The notes under the pieces are model-generated. The model was not told where the DNA came from. It made no database searches and was given only the letters and a program-made list of their open reading frames with translations. A program made the translations under genes and the position numbers. Shown here in pieces: positions 14,851-33,329 of a DNA stretch of 64,000 bases (positions are counted from its first letter, which is position 1; the number at the start of each line of letters is the position of its first letter). The DNA comes from Octopus sinensis (Eukaryota), in the NCBI RefSeq assembly GCF_006345805.1, contig NC_043011.1, forward strand, positions 64,616,464 to 64,680,463. The letters run 5' to 3'.

Positions 14851-14999
14851 ATTATATGACTATACCCACTATGATTTCTGTCAACTCCCTCAGCCCCATT
14901 CCTTACAGAACTGCTCCGTTTTCCTTTTGTTTTAGATTTCGATACACAAAATGATCTTTGTCACTCTCCTTTCCTTCTTGGAGGTTTTAATTAAAATTA

Positions 15000-15200
15000 T
15001 CCTAATGTGTCCATCTGTTTTAATTTAACTTAATTCTATGTACATTTGCAGCAGAGGATTGCTCTGCATTTAAATGGATGTTATGGTTGAGTTGTTCAAT
15101 TAAATGGAGTGGCTTCAATCGATTGTACTGCATTATCGCAGGATATCCTGTTGCTAAATTTTGATTTCAATCACCTTACATTGGAAATGTATGGATAATA
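15000..15200. repeat. Dispersed repeat; diverged reverse-complement copy at about 63500-63700
   Basis: gttcaattaaatggag here versus ctccatttaattgaac at 63598; the flanking blocks are collinear. Confidence 0.55.
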
Positions 15201-15675
15201 CCGTACTAAATGTTGGTTAAGAGATGCCGGCATGCGTTCCTCCCCGACATCTGAAACACGGAGTTTTATCATGGCTACCGAATAATTGTCACATATTACA
15301 AACACACACATATATATATATATAATATGTATCTATTGATATATGTATGCAGGGAAAGATTGTAATAGATGAATAAAGAGCATTCGACGTTATCCACTTC
15401 TAAAAAGATTCAACGCCAGGGAATAAGAAGGCAAATCGAAAACTAGAATACGTGGATATTTCTATTCAAATATAATGCGCAAATGTTCCACTTACTAATA
15501 TTTAATTGCAATGTATTTAAGTAACTCGTTCTTTCCCGATAACACATATAAAAAAAAAATTGTTGCCTTTAATAGACGAGGAAAACATGATACATCAGGT
15601 GAGGTTGTATGTATCTAAAGTGCTTTAAAATTAAAACCTTAACAGTTGCCATTGTGTTTGACACGTATAACAACG

Positions 15676-15715
15676 ATGAAATATGTTCTACTTCTTCTTA
15701 TGATTCACCTGCAAG
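15676..15715 (+). CDS. Paralog 1, coding exon A (signal peptide MKYVLLLLMIHLQ + phase-1 intron) of a small secreted 6-Cys protein
   Basis: AACG-ATG followed by hydrophobic codons and donor CAAG|GTAAGT. Acceptor aacAG sits exactly 30 nt upstream of the ATG. The 30-nt leader (tttgacacg..taacaacg) is homologous to those at 42543 and 55671. Confidence 0.8.
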
Positions 15716-15837
15716 GTAAGTAAAATCCATATCATTTCACTTCATCCCGGAACGAGTTAGTCATCCATGATCACTCAATACGTATATTTGTATAACCGTC
15801 TCTCTCTCTCCTTCTCTTCCCCTCTCTCTCTCTCTCT

Positions 15838-15876
<39 letters not shown>

Positions 15877-15877
15877 C

Positions 15878-16178
15878 ACCATGATCGCCTTGACTGACCA
15901 GGCGGGCGGATGCTGCTCTACATGGCTGATCACCATGCGCTTCGCATTGTTTTATCTTTCAATGACGCCATCCCGCTTGTTTAGCGAGCAGACAAACAGA
16001 AAAAGAGAGTCTGGGAACGTTGTGGCGAAAGAGTACAGGGAGGGATCGCCACCGTTGCCATTCGGACCCACGAGGGAGCTTTATGTGTTCAATGAACTAT
16101 CAACACTACCGGTCTTGGAATCGTAACCGCGATCCTACATCCTCGAGTCCGCTGCCCTAAGAACTGGGCCATTGCGCC
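15878..16178 (-). mobile_element. tRNA-derived SINE in intron A of paralog 1
   Basis: Reverse complement starts ggcgcaatggcccagttcttagggcagcggactcg...gttacgattcc (A/B boxes); (TA)n at the 3' end. Confidence 0.75.
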
Positions 16179-16615
16179 TTCACACTCACACATACCTAAA
16201 ATTTACACGCACACACGCACACATTTATATATATATAAACGTATATATATGTATATACATATAGATAGATAGATAGATAGTTAGATAAATAGATATATAA
16301 TATAGTAAATACATATATGTATATATATATATATGTATATATATACTTTTATATATATATAGTAAAAGGAGGACATTTAAACCTCTTATGAATTTATTAA
16401 TCTAAGATAAAGTCGTTCAATATATCGTATTTTCTAGAGATATTTCTCCCATTAATATATAACATAAAATATTGAAAACTGCCAAGCTGTATTATCTAAT
16501 CAAACAGAATATTCTATATTATAGTAATCGATATCTAATTAATGAAAATGTTGATTAATTGATAACAATTTCTTTCAATTGGGTATATCTGTTTTGCATC
16601 TCGATAATATTGCTG

Positions 16616-16657
<42 letters not shown>

Positions 16658-16730
16658 TGTAAATATTAATAGTAATGATGATAGAAATAATAATAATAAT
16701 TCTAATAATAATAATAATAATAATAATAAC

Positions 16731-16777
<47 letters not shown>

Positions 16778-16809
16778 TAATAATAATAATGACAATAATA
16801 ATAATTACA

Positions 16810-16929
16810 TGCATTATTTACATCATTTACATTTGACGGATATTTGTTTTCATCTTGTTTGTTGTTAACACAACCAGGTATCTCGAGGAAATGTCGAGCC
16901 TGGGTTCTCATTCCTCAGATATTTTAGGA

Positions 16930-16963
<34 letters not shown>

Positions 16964-17070
16964 GTTATTAATATTCAGGCCACTGCCCGGAATTGAAATC
17001 GGAATAATGCCTTTAACAGCGAGGGCTACTAACCCCAAGATTTCGAGTTAGATTCCCGGCAGAGCAGTAG
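16810..17070. mobile_element. Second head-to-head tRNA-head/hammerhead-tail element: left arm plus right-arm head (right-arm tail displaced to 22690-22850)
   Basis: 16830-16940 is the reverse complement of the tail with the ribozyme core deleted. 16975-17005 and 17017-17065 are opposed tRNA-like heads (gggctactaaccccaagatttcgagttagattcccggcag). Confidence 0.72.
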
Positions 17071-17113
17071 AATGATAATAATAATAATAATATTAATAAT
17101 AATAATAATAATG

Positions 17114-17162
<49 letters not shown>

Positions 17163-17224
17163 TAATAATATTAATAAAATATCAATAATAATGATAATAA
17201 TAATAATAAAAAAAGAGAGAAGAA

Positions 17225-22679
<5,455 letters not shown>

Positions 22680-22751
22680 TAATAACAACAACAACAACAA
22701 CAACATCGAAAACTACATTACAAATGAGAAAGCAAGTTCAACATTGCCCCC

Positions 22752-22799
22752 AGAAGCCTGATGAAGGGTGGAGTGAAATATCATCCGAAACGTCATGTT
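22752..22799 (+). ncRNA. Hammerhead motif (family P1), intronic and sense to paralog 1
   Basis: CTGATGA at 22758-64, stem II gggtgg/tcatcc, and GAAA-C-GTC at 22787-94. Stem I is poorly paired. Flanks match the tail at 54960-55110. Confidence 0.65.
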
Positions 22800-22910
22800 A
22801 ATAACAAACAAGATAGGGAAAAATAACCGTGAAATTTAAATGATGAAAATAATAGAAGATGTGCTGACGGAAGTGAATAAAGAATGACCAAACTGTTCTT
22901 CGATTTCAAG

Positions 22911-23010
22911 GTTATGACGCAGCAGATTACTGTTATGAGGCAGCGAAAAAAGATTGTTATTATGCTATGCACAGATTTCCTGTAAGACGCCCGGATCGTC
23001 ACTATTGCGA
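22911..23010 (+). CDS. Paralog 1, coding exon B (G-YDAADYCYEAAKKDCYYAMHRFPVRRPDRHYC; phase 1 to 2)
   Basis: Acceptor ttcttcgatttcaAG and donor CGA|GTAACT. Open frame with C-x7-C-x16-C that aligns with the exon at 56663 (YCYE..KK.CY..M). Confidence 0.8.
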
Positions 23011-23204
23011 GTAACTATGCTTTTTTCAACGATTATTTCTCATATTTTTCTACATAAAGTTGTAATTAATGATATTTGAATTATTCGTATATGTTGTTAC
23101 GTGATGCCTAGCTCTTTATATTACTTATATATATACATATATATATGTGTGTGTGTGAGTGTGTGTGTAAGTGTGTGTGTGTTTGTGTTTGTGTGTGTGT
23201 ATAT

Positions 23205-23640
23205 ATATAAACGCCAATGGTGTCTGTTTGGCGGTTTGGCCTTAGTGTCATCCACTACAGGTCCTTGACACACGCTAAGGCAATTACAGCGGGTGTATGC
23301 ATCAACCACCTGGATGAACTGAATAATAAACTTGCAGCCGAGATTAGTTAGGGCAGGCTGATTCTCATTGCGTGACAATGCTCGGCCACATGTTGTACAG
23401 AGAACGCTACGTAGGTCAGAGAAACATGGAGATACTCCGTGGTCCTCCATGATAATCATCCGGACTTGCACCAAATGACTATGACGTTTGCTTTGCGTCA
23501 TACAACTATTTGCTAGTAAAAAAAGTTCCAAAAATCCCTTTCGTTACTTGATCTATTTTTGCTCTTCAAAATTATTCCCTTTCCACGTAAATAGACGTCC
23601 GATAAAACGGAAAATTGTGTTAATAATTTATTTGCCTATT
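23205..23640 (+). mobile_element. Mariner (DD34D) transposase remnant, C-terminal half
   Basis: Frameshifted MVSVW..IHY, DNARPH and PDLAPNDY motifs. Confidence 0.85.
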
Positions 23641-23751
23641 TTTATTAATTGTACTGCTTTTTAATGAGATAAAGTACAATAAATTTTAAAATCGGACATT
23701 CCATTATGAATGGCCTGATATGTATGTATATATATATATATATATATATAT

Positions 23752-23908
23752 TAGAAGAAATGAGGTAATCAGAAGATCGGATGGTTCATATTTATAGATA
23801 TTTATTTATATATTACATTTTTTACATATATATATATATATCATATCATTCAGATCATATCATTCGATTATTAGCGCTTTCTCCAATCCAGTGGGGTTTT
23901 CAAATCAA

Positions 23909-23915
<7 letters not shown>
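23752..23915. repeat. (TA)n-flanked Penelope-terminus-like repeat; its first 21 nt recur folded back at 51926
   Basis: ttagaagaaatgaggtaatca is shared with 51926-51946. Confidence 0.5.
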
Positions 23916-23975
<60 letters not shown>

Positions 23976-24424
23976 TGTTGTATGTATGTATATATATATA
24001 TATATATACATATAATATACATATGTATATATATATGTATATATATACACACATACACACACATATATATATATGTGTGTATATATGTATAATTATCAAA
24101 AGATATACAGAGATAGATAGATCGAGAGATATTGGTAGGCAAAAATATATTTAATTATATGTAATTATTAATCTTGTTCATACAAGATTGTATTCATTAA
24201 TTAGAATTTCTTTTGTTTATATCAATATATGTTATTTATTAAATTTAAATTTATGTTCATTGGTATCTGTTTATACATGATCATTTATATTGCAGTTTTT
24301 ATGTAGAAATATTGCTATGAATAATATCCTTTGTTTCTTAGACTGCGTAACTCTTTTCATATTCTTAAGTTATTAACTTTTATTTCCTATAATAATAATA
24401 ATAATAGTAATAAAAATAATGATT

Positions 24425-24490
<66 letters not shown>

Positions 24491-24689
24491 TTAATGATGA
24501 CGATGATGATGAAGATAGTTGTGGTGATAGTGGCGGTGGAGGTAGCGGAGTTGGTGGTAATGATGATGATGATGATGATGATGATCAGAAGACTGTCAGA
24601 ATGACTGCGAAAAGTCTTCAAATGGCAGAATATCTTCTCCGAATACGAAACTAGAATGTTACTTAAACGGGATTTGTCCCAAATAAAGC

Positions 24690-26271
24690 TCCGAATGTTC
24701 ACCACCACAACGACTACAAAAACAAAAATGTAGAATGACTAAATGTAACCGGGTAGAATATAAAGAAGTAATATACGATTATTACTTTGCATTAAGTAAG
24801 CCTTCCCAAATACACCGCAATCTCCTACAGAATTTGGAGGAGCCGGAATCCAGCTAGCAGATCAAACCTGGATGAAAACAGATTAGCAATTGTTAGAATA
24901 GATATCTTCCCAAGCCAATGTGACAAAAATGGAGCTGACGAAAAATGGAGCTGACGAAAAATACCGATTCTGTAACGATGCGATTGAAAGTTTAGGCCAC
25001 CTAATCTCAGGGTGTAGAGTCTTACCACCTGTAGAATATCAAGCAAGATATGACAGAGCCGGCCAGCATTTCCACTGGACAATATATCGACACTATAAAA
25101 TCAAAACCGCTGACAAATGGTATAAAAAACATCCAGGACATGTTACTGAGTTAGAAAATGTGTCGACTTCCTCGTACATACCGAGAAAACTATAAAAGCT
25201 ATAAAATTTGGAGAATGAAGGAATAATAATTATAAAAATAATAATAATAATACGCAAAAGAAACAGACAAAGAAAAATCCTAGCAATGGTTGAGAAGCTC
25301 AGGACTCAAAGCAGAAACAGAGGGATTTTTAATTGCAGCACAAGACCAAAGCCTCCCCACCAGAAATTACCAAAAACATGTAATGAAAAGAAATATTACA
25401 AGTAAATGCAGAATATGTGGAGATCGACAAGAATCAATAAATCATATTATCTCTAGCTGCCCAGTCTTGGCTAAGAAGGAATATATTCACAGACATGACA
25501 GAGTTGGAACCTACATACTTTGGAAGCTATGCCAACGTTATGGAATAACAACAGAAAAAAGATGGTATAGGCACACACCAGAAAAGGTCACAGAAAACGA
25601 GAAAGCAACCATACTCTGGGATATGCCGATACACAGATAGAGAAATTAAGGCCAACAGACCAGATATAGTTGTCAGAGATCATGAAGAAAAAAATGCTTT
25701 CTAATTGACGTATCAATACCGGTAGATGACAACGTGTCTCTTAAAGAAATGGAGAAACTTTCAAAATACAAAGACCTGGAAATAGAGGTAACCAGAATGT
25801 GGAATCTAAAACAGAAACATTCCTATCATAGTAGGTGCATTAGGCATGATAAAAAACATTCAGACGAATACATAACAAAAACACCAGGACTTACAAACAC
25901 ATATATCATACAGAAATTGCACTACTAGGCACTGCACACATCCTACGCAGAACACTTTCCATACATAACCATCAGAGCATCACACAAAAATCACAGCACA
26001 TACCCAAGGCACACAGAGCTGCGCTCGGTAGTGAAGTGAAAGCACGCTATAAAATAAAACTACTAAATAATAATAATAATAATAATAATATAGGCGAGGG
26101 CTGCAATAATGGTGGAGCACTTGCAGAAAACACCACTGCTTGGAAAAGTTCGAATACTTCGGAAGTTCACTGGTAGTGAACAGCTGACACATTAGTACAT
26201 CTCCAGCGTTAGAAGCTGTGGAAAGCTAACAATAATAATGATAATAATAATAATGATGATAATAATAATAA

Positions 26272-26302
<31 letters not shown>

Positions 26303-26306
26303 AATA

Positions 26307-26377
<71 letters not shown>

Positions 26378-28545
26378 TCCTGATGCAGTACCAGGCAGTG
26401 GCTCTCATGGCTTCTGATCTTAACTGATTGGAAGTGTTATCATGTACATTGTTTTGTCTTGGTATAAAAGATGGGCTACAGCAAATATTCTGCTCAATAC
26501 CACAGATTTGCTTGTCAGTTGTTTGACCTTAACCAGTTGAGCATGTCCCTTAGTGGCTGACGATATTTGCATCTCTGATCACGAGCAGAAGTAGTGGGGG
26601 AGCATCATAGCCATGTGTTGAGAGGGATTCTTTGGGGTTTAAATAATTCACCTCTGGAAACATGGGTGGTTCTTTCAACATCCTTAAACAACCCTTATTC
26701 AGGGACCGTTTGAGCGGGATGGGCTACTCAACCTGAACAAAATTCTAACTGGGCCCCACCTGCAAGGTCATGTGCTGTTTATCTTGATATGATATCACCA
26801 TGTCGCGCACATATGGTTGTGATGCATGTGCCTGGTGTACCTTTATCAGACGGGTAGTCATGATGGGTATATTGGGCTTCGTATATTTTACCCCAGTGTC
26901 ACTTTGATGGCATGAACTGCTCTCTCACTCAATAATAATAATAAGTGGAGGAGCATCATAGCCATGTGTTCAGAGGGGTTCTATTGAGTTTGAATAATTC
27001 ACATCTGGAAGCATAGGTGTTTCATTCAACATCCTTAAACGACCCTTATTCAAGGACCTTTTGAACGGGATGGGTTACTCGACCAGAAGAAAATTCTAAC
27101 TGGGCCCCACCTGCAAGGTCATGTGCTGTTTATCTTGATATGAGATCACCATGTCGCGCACATATGGTTGTGATGCATGTGCCTGGAGTACCCTTATCAG
27201 ACGGGTAGTCATGATGGGTATACTGGGCTTCGTATATTTTACCCCAGTGTCACTTGATGGCATGCACTGCTCTCTCACTCAATAATAATAATAATCATAA
27301 TAATAACAACAAGGAGGAGAAGAAGAAGAAGAAGAAGAAGAAGAAGAAGAAGAAGAAGAAGAAGAAGAAGAAGAAGAAGAAGAAGAAGAAGAAGAAGAAG
27401 AAGAAGAAGAAGAAGAAACCAATGGTATTTACAATGAAGATTGTCACAATTGGCCTAGACACCTCCCTGAAAATCTCTGGGGACAGGATGTTGAAACGTG
27501 TCTTAAAACATGAAAACAAGAAAGCATCATACTCAGAAACAAAACAGGCAAAGGAATAACTAAGTGGATTCCGAATACAACATATTTCGGAATTAGACAT
27601 ACTAGAAACAAACGCAGAAAAAGCTAAGCGCATGAAAACCCGTCCTAAAAATGCTGCCTTAGATAGTCTGATTGATAAATGGCAAGAAAAACCTCTCAAT
27701 GGCAAATACCCAAAGAGACCGAATAATGCCGATGTTGACAAAGCCATATCTCATCAATGGCTAATGACTTCTGGTTTGAAATATGAAACAGAAAAGTTTA
27801 TGATAGCAGGTCAAGATCAGTGCCAACCTAGAAGGATCTACGAGGTCAACATATTAAAGGACGGCAGTTTCCCAATGTGTTGTGTATGTCAATAACAAAA
27901 TGAAACCATTGATCATGTTGTCTCCAAGTGCAGTGTTCTAGCGCCTACAGAGTATCTCAACAGGCATGATAGAGCTGCACAATATATTCACTGGGTAATC
28001 TGCAAAAACCTGGATTTGCCCCATGAAAAAAACTGGTGGGGACACAAACCACCGCCAGTACTTGAAAGTGACCACATCTCAATCCTCTGGAACTTCACCA
28101 TTCAAACTGACAGAAAGATTGATGCAAATAGGCCAGGCATTATATTGAAAGACTTCAGACAAAAAAACATGCCTCGTCATTGAAATGACTGTACCAATCG
28201 ATATAAACGGATCTGTTAAGACCTACAAAATACTGAGCAAATATAAAGATCTTGAAATAGAAATTAGCAAAACGTAGAAGCAAAATGTAGAAGCTCATGT
28301 CTAAAACAATATCTGTTGTCATAGGTTCACTAGTATAGCAAAGGTGACTTATTGCTACCTAGCTCAAAAGCAGAAAACCCCAAAATAGCCGAAATTCGAA
28401 AGCTAGTGCACATAGAATCTGCACATATCCTACGCAATATACTTTCTATGTTATCTGAACTTAAGACAGCTTTCTTATGATTTCTTTATTATTCTCTTGT
28501 ATAACACTATTTACACTACCAAACATATGGCAACGTAGGCATAGA
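24690..28545 (+). mobile_element. Stack inside the inverted segment: R4/Dong copies 24690-25170, 25252-26064, 26090-26228 and 27428-28545, plus two ~550-bp-family copies
   Basis: ORFs 24920, 25290, 25734 and 27632 show CCHC/RLE motifs; (AAT)n and (GAA)n spacers. Confidence 0.85.
26379..26930 (+). mobile_element. Non-coding ~550-bp (AAT)n-tailed retroposon-like repeat; 5'-truncated copies at 26943-27280 and about 7555-8040
   Basis: Three copies share the 3' end ctgctctctcac followed by (AAT)n, with staggered 5' ends. No ORF and no clear A/B box. Confidence 0.8.
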
Positions 28546-28703
28546 TGATCAATCTTTGAATTTATCGAGCATCTTCACTGTGCTGTATCTTAGAGGGACC
28601 ATGCATTGTTAAATAAATAATTGATAATTTAGGCACAATGATGAGGGAATGTGATAGCCGATAACATCTATTTTTTAAAAATGTACTGCTACGAATTTTA
28701 CCC

Positions 28704-29350
28704 TTCAGTTCATCCAGGTGGTTGATGCATACACCCGCTGTAATTGCCTTAGCGTGTGTCAAGGACCTGTAGTGGATGACACTAAGGCCAAACCGCCAAA
28801 CAGACACCATTGGCGTTTATATTGGTGAATATTCTTTTCTTGGATTGTTTTTTTGTACTTCGTCTCTAACCAACCACTCTGCACAATGCTTGCTATTTCA
28901 TCATGTGTAACTATATGATACAAAAATATTTCGTTTTATGCCTTGACAGCAAAGCACAGCAACTTGGAAGACAACGTATCAATTGATGCTCGTTCAATTC
29001 GTACCAACTTGTCCGGTTAATATTGTCCTTGCAGATATTGAAATCTCACGGAAAGGAAACGGACAAAATGCTGCCAAGCAACTTTTGCCTAGCAATGCAA
29101 ACTATTCCCCGCCCGCACAATGCTTGCTATTTCATCATGTGTAACTATATGATACAAAAATATTTCGTTTTATGCCTTGACAGCAAAGCACAGCAACTTG
29201 GAAGACAACGTATCAATTGATGCTCGTTCAATTCGTACCAACTTGTCCGGTTAAGATTGTCCTTGCAGATATTGAAATCTCACGGAAAGGAAACGGACAA
29301 AATGCTGCCAAGCACTTTTGCCTAGCATGCAAACTATTCCCCGCCCTTCG
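28704..29350 (-). mobile_element. Mariner transposase remnant, N-terminal half (partner of 23205-23640)
   Basis: Minus strand reads W.ELNEHQL.R..C.ALLSRHK, IVTHDE and KNIHQ..MVSVW. 28704-28822 is the exact reverse complement of 23205-23323. Confidence 0.8.
28881..29346. repeat. Tandem duplication, 234 + 232 bp
   Basis: 28881-29114 versus 29115-29346 differ by one substitution and two 1-nt indels. Confidence 0.95.
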
Positions 29351-29542
29351 TAGCAGAAATAATACCAGCTATTTATAAAATGAAAATTCTTTGGTCGACA
29401 CTTAGACTACATAAACAATCTCCACAAAATATACAATATTTGCAGCTGTTTTGAAAATGTATTGTATATAACATATATTGTGATTTAAATTTTAGATATA
29501 TCACATTTTAGCATTATCTCGCAATCTCTTTTTTTCTTTTAG

Positions 29543-29631
29543 TCGATTAAAAGCTTTCATGATTTGTTACGCTAGGAAAAATACTGCGTGTGCCTCAGCG
29601 ATCAGACAAATGGCATACAGACGTCTCTGTG
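29543..29631 (+). CDS. Paralog 1, coding exon C (D-RLKAFMICYARKNTACASAIRQMAYRRLC; phase 2 to 1)
   Basis: Acceptor ctttttttcttttAG and donor TGTG|GTATGA. 89 nt long, with identical length and Cys spacing to the exon at 58255. Confidence 0.82.
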
Positions 29632-31134
29632 GTATGACATTTTAATTACTTACAATAAAATTTCGAGAAATGTTGTATAAGATGGAATCTCATGCAGTAA
29701 CAATTATTGCACTGAGAACGGATTCCAGATTATAGTGACTGTAAATATTACCTGAAATTAAATACGTATTTAAGAATTCATACGCAGTTAGCCATTTGAA
29801 CAATCACGGCAACTGAACTTATTATCACATTTTTATAAAGTAGTTTCCATTAAGCGATACCTGTTTGCTCAGTCGTTTCCATAATGAAACAAATATATTC
29901 TTAACTTTCAAATTTATCAAATATGAAGGAATGAAGTAGAGAGAGAACACGGAAAATTATGTAACAAATTGTCGCATTAGGTATTTGAAATTTAATGAGG
30001 CATTGCTTGGAAAGCCATTCTTCAGCTAATAATCGGAAACTAACGGAACCCCAAACTTTCTATTAAATCTAGAGTATATGTTTAATATGAGACACAATCC
30101 GCCTCTCGGTATATGGATATTGCGTAGTGGTGGGAAGTGACGGAATACCGCGTCAGCTGATACTCGTGTATTTCAAGTAAGGAATTTATAAATTTTATAG
30201 CTATATAATTGTTGGGTTTTTTTGTCAGTTATTTAATTTTCATGTTGAAAACGAAGAAATTTCAAGAGCACTCCACGCAATACATAATCCAAAAAACCTA
30301 TCTAGAATTAAGTAATATCAGTGAAATATTGCATCGATCTCATTCTAATTGTGTTATATTAAGACTCTGACACCGACTTCCAGACACATCATGAAGACTG
30401 CAATATCAGACGAATAATAGAATATATCTACTTACAGTGCTTCTTTATGTATGTTTGTGTTTCTAAGTAATATATATAGTTGAAATTTACAGAAAAACGA
30501 AAGGCGAAGAGGGGTGTATAAACAGGAAGCGGTTGTATTAGTTTGATGCTAGGGAAGGTCATGACAGTCAGTCTTGTGTGTGAGTGTCTGTGCGTGAGTG
30601 TTACTAGGCGATAGGCAGCAGAAAAGCTACCAAACACCTGCATTCTTAAAGCTACGTATTCCTCACACAAACATTTCCTCGCCATATTAAATGTAAATTA
30701 TTAGCATGTTCACTGCGCGTGCGCGTGTGTGGTGATTGTGTTTGTGTGTATGTATGCAAATATCTATGTATTTACTTCAGCATACATTTAACATCCGTGA
30801 ATGACAGCTGTATTAGCATTACTATCCCAAATCAGCTCCCCATTTATCGCTTACACTACGCTATCCACCACTTCCATGGTATCAACTACACTCACTATGC
30901 CACCACATTTATCCTAATACTAACACTCATGCACACATCCTCTTTTCTCAAAAAACATCCTTTACCCGCTTGGAAGCCCATTAAATATTTGAAAGTACAA
31001 TCAGTCTATATTTGAAATGGATGTTAGATTATCAAATATTCACAGTTTTGTTGCATAGCCTTATTTGTGTAGACAGCAGGGCGGTAACATACTGATCACA
31101 AATGAAAAAATTACCATTTATAAGTATATATATA

Positions 31135-31176
<42 letters not shown>

Positions 31177-31237
31177 GTGTGTGTTGTGTGTGTGGTGTGT
31201 GTGTGTGTGTGTATGTGTGTGGGTCTGTGTGTGGGTT

Positions 31238-31300
<63 letters not shown>

Positions 31301-31889
31301 TGTGTTTGTGTATATGTACATAGATATATTTGAGCGTGTCTAAATGCCGCTCATTTGCATGATGCGTTCAAATCAGTTTGTTTAAATACATAATTCTTGT
31401 ACTTGCAGATTACACTACGAAAGATGCCAATTGCTATTATGGTTTTTACCATCTGGAGAAATAAACAATTCAAGAAAGCACTGTGTTGGTATATTTCAAT
31501 ATCTCTGCCATATGTTCTCGCTGGTCGGATTTCCAAAACATTTTTGTTGAAATTATGCCACTAGATTTCAATATTAGCTGTTGATAAAAAACAATTTATT
31601 TTCACACAATTTGTGATGCTTAAACATAATAACTGTTATATCTCTAAGTATACCCAGCAAGAAAGTACCTTTTGTTATTTTGCTCCCTTAACATCATAAC
31701 TTGTTCTGCCTGTTTAAATAATTCATCAAGTTTATTGTAACAAACAACGAACTATTTCATTAATAGTTTACTACGAGTGCTCAATTAACTTGTCTCCTGA
31801 TCTACTTCCGTTTATTGCAAGAAACAGAACTTGTACCGGTATAATCATAAATGTCTCTACGTGTCATATTTTTAATTTAAACTTTCCGC

Positions 31890-32050
31890 TAGTATCTCTT
31901 CCTCTATGAAATCTTTCCTCATCTCTATTATTCTCCCAACTACTCACTATCAGACTTTAACCTCTTTCCAGACAAGAGGTCTTTTTTGAAAGCGGAAGAA
32001 CGTTCAAGATGATGATGATCTTATTTCCGAGGTAAAATCTTGGCACTAAA
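31890..32050 (+). mobile_element. Mariner transposase C-terminal fragment
   Basis: YEIFPHLYYSP..SDFNLFP and QDDDDLISEVKSW resemble HPPYSPDLAPSD..LF and F.DD...V..W. Confidence 0.6.
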
Positions 32051-32890
32051 CGAGGTCTTCATAGCACATTGCTCTTTTTTTATTGTCTGGTTAGGTGGAG
32101 CACTTGATGAACACTAGATCGCTTTGTAGTCGAAGAAAAAGGTCAACAGTGTCTCCCCATTGCTTCGATTCCTTCGTGCTTTCTTCAGTCTCGGAGAGGT
32201 TGGGGTTTTCCACTGCGATGTCTAAGCTCTTGTTTCGGTGTCTGTTAAAAACTATAGACCCAAGATTCATGATCTGTTAAGACATGTTCTCAAAATGATT
32301 TCATCGTTCTCGACGCTATCAAGGATATTTTGTGCAACTGAAACACGAGTGTCATTTTAGTAAACGGAAAGTAGTTTAGACACAAACTTGGCAGACACAC
32401 ACGTCGGATAATTACATCTTTTGTGATATTGATTAAAAGGAACTGTAAAGAAGCTGCAAATGTTCTGATAACTCACGGATGAGGATTCGACGATTTCACC
32501 TGGGTTTTTTCTTAGTTTAGCCAGTTGCAGATCGCAGATCGCCCAGAACGTTCGTCAGTACGGGCATTTTTTCGGGCATCTATGAAAAGTCTGAACCACA
32601 CGTACACTTGTGTGAAGCTCATACGCTCCTCTCCATTCACTTTCTGAAAATTTGCGCAAACCTGGGAGCAGGTATTGCCAAGCTTTTGACAACATTTGGT
32701 GCAGATTTTCTGCTCACCTTTCTTTCACGCGCTACACACATACATTCCTAATGTAGGTGACTAGAACGTTACAACTTAGCGTTCTTGTAGGGCTGCAATC
32801 AAGGTGACCCTGTGTTAAGCTGCTACACTTTGCGTGTTTTAACCTCGTTACTATAGCAACAGTCCGTATACTTATCGATTACATGAAGTA
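32050..32890 (-). mobile_element. Mariner remnant, 5' TIR plus N-terminal transposase
   Basis: Minus strand reads KKAR..RSNG.TLLTFFFD and DERSGRP-like segments. TIR-like cagtccgtatacttatcga lies near 32860. Confidence 0.75.
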
Positions 32891-33329
32891 TATGTAATGG
32901 ATAAGTAATCGAACCAAGTTATAGAAGTCTAAGATATATACGAAGGACAACTATAATTTCCTTTCTAAGCATACATATTCGAAATAACATTGGACAATAC
33001 TCTGTCGGCTGTATTATATATTGACTATATCAATGCCATTTGCCAATAGGTTTACATTCAAAATGGCGATTAAGTAATAGATTGCTTTGATTGCTTTGCA
33101 TCTTACATAACAAAGAGCAATACACTGATCTTCATGTGAAAATTTCCCGAATGCATATAATTTATTTAGTCTTATTTAACTACTCTGTACACGAGTGGTG
33201 TATTTAAAAATAAGCATGTATATATATTGGATTATAACTGCTGGTACCTAATATCACTATGACTAGCAGGAATGATATTAATGACAAAAGGAAGAAATAT
33301 ATAAATGACGTGAAGAATATTACGCAAGA

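Noticed and set aside
23860-23915. Fifth hammerhead family on the minus strand (GAAAGCGCTA with attat/ataat stem I)
   Set aside because: The CUGANGA core is not recognisable.
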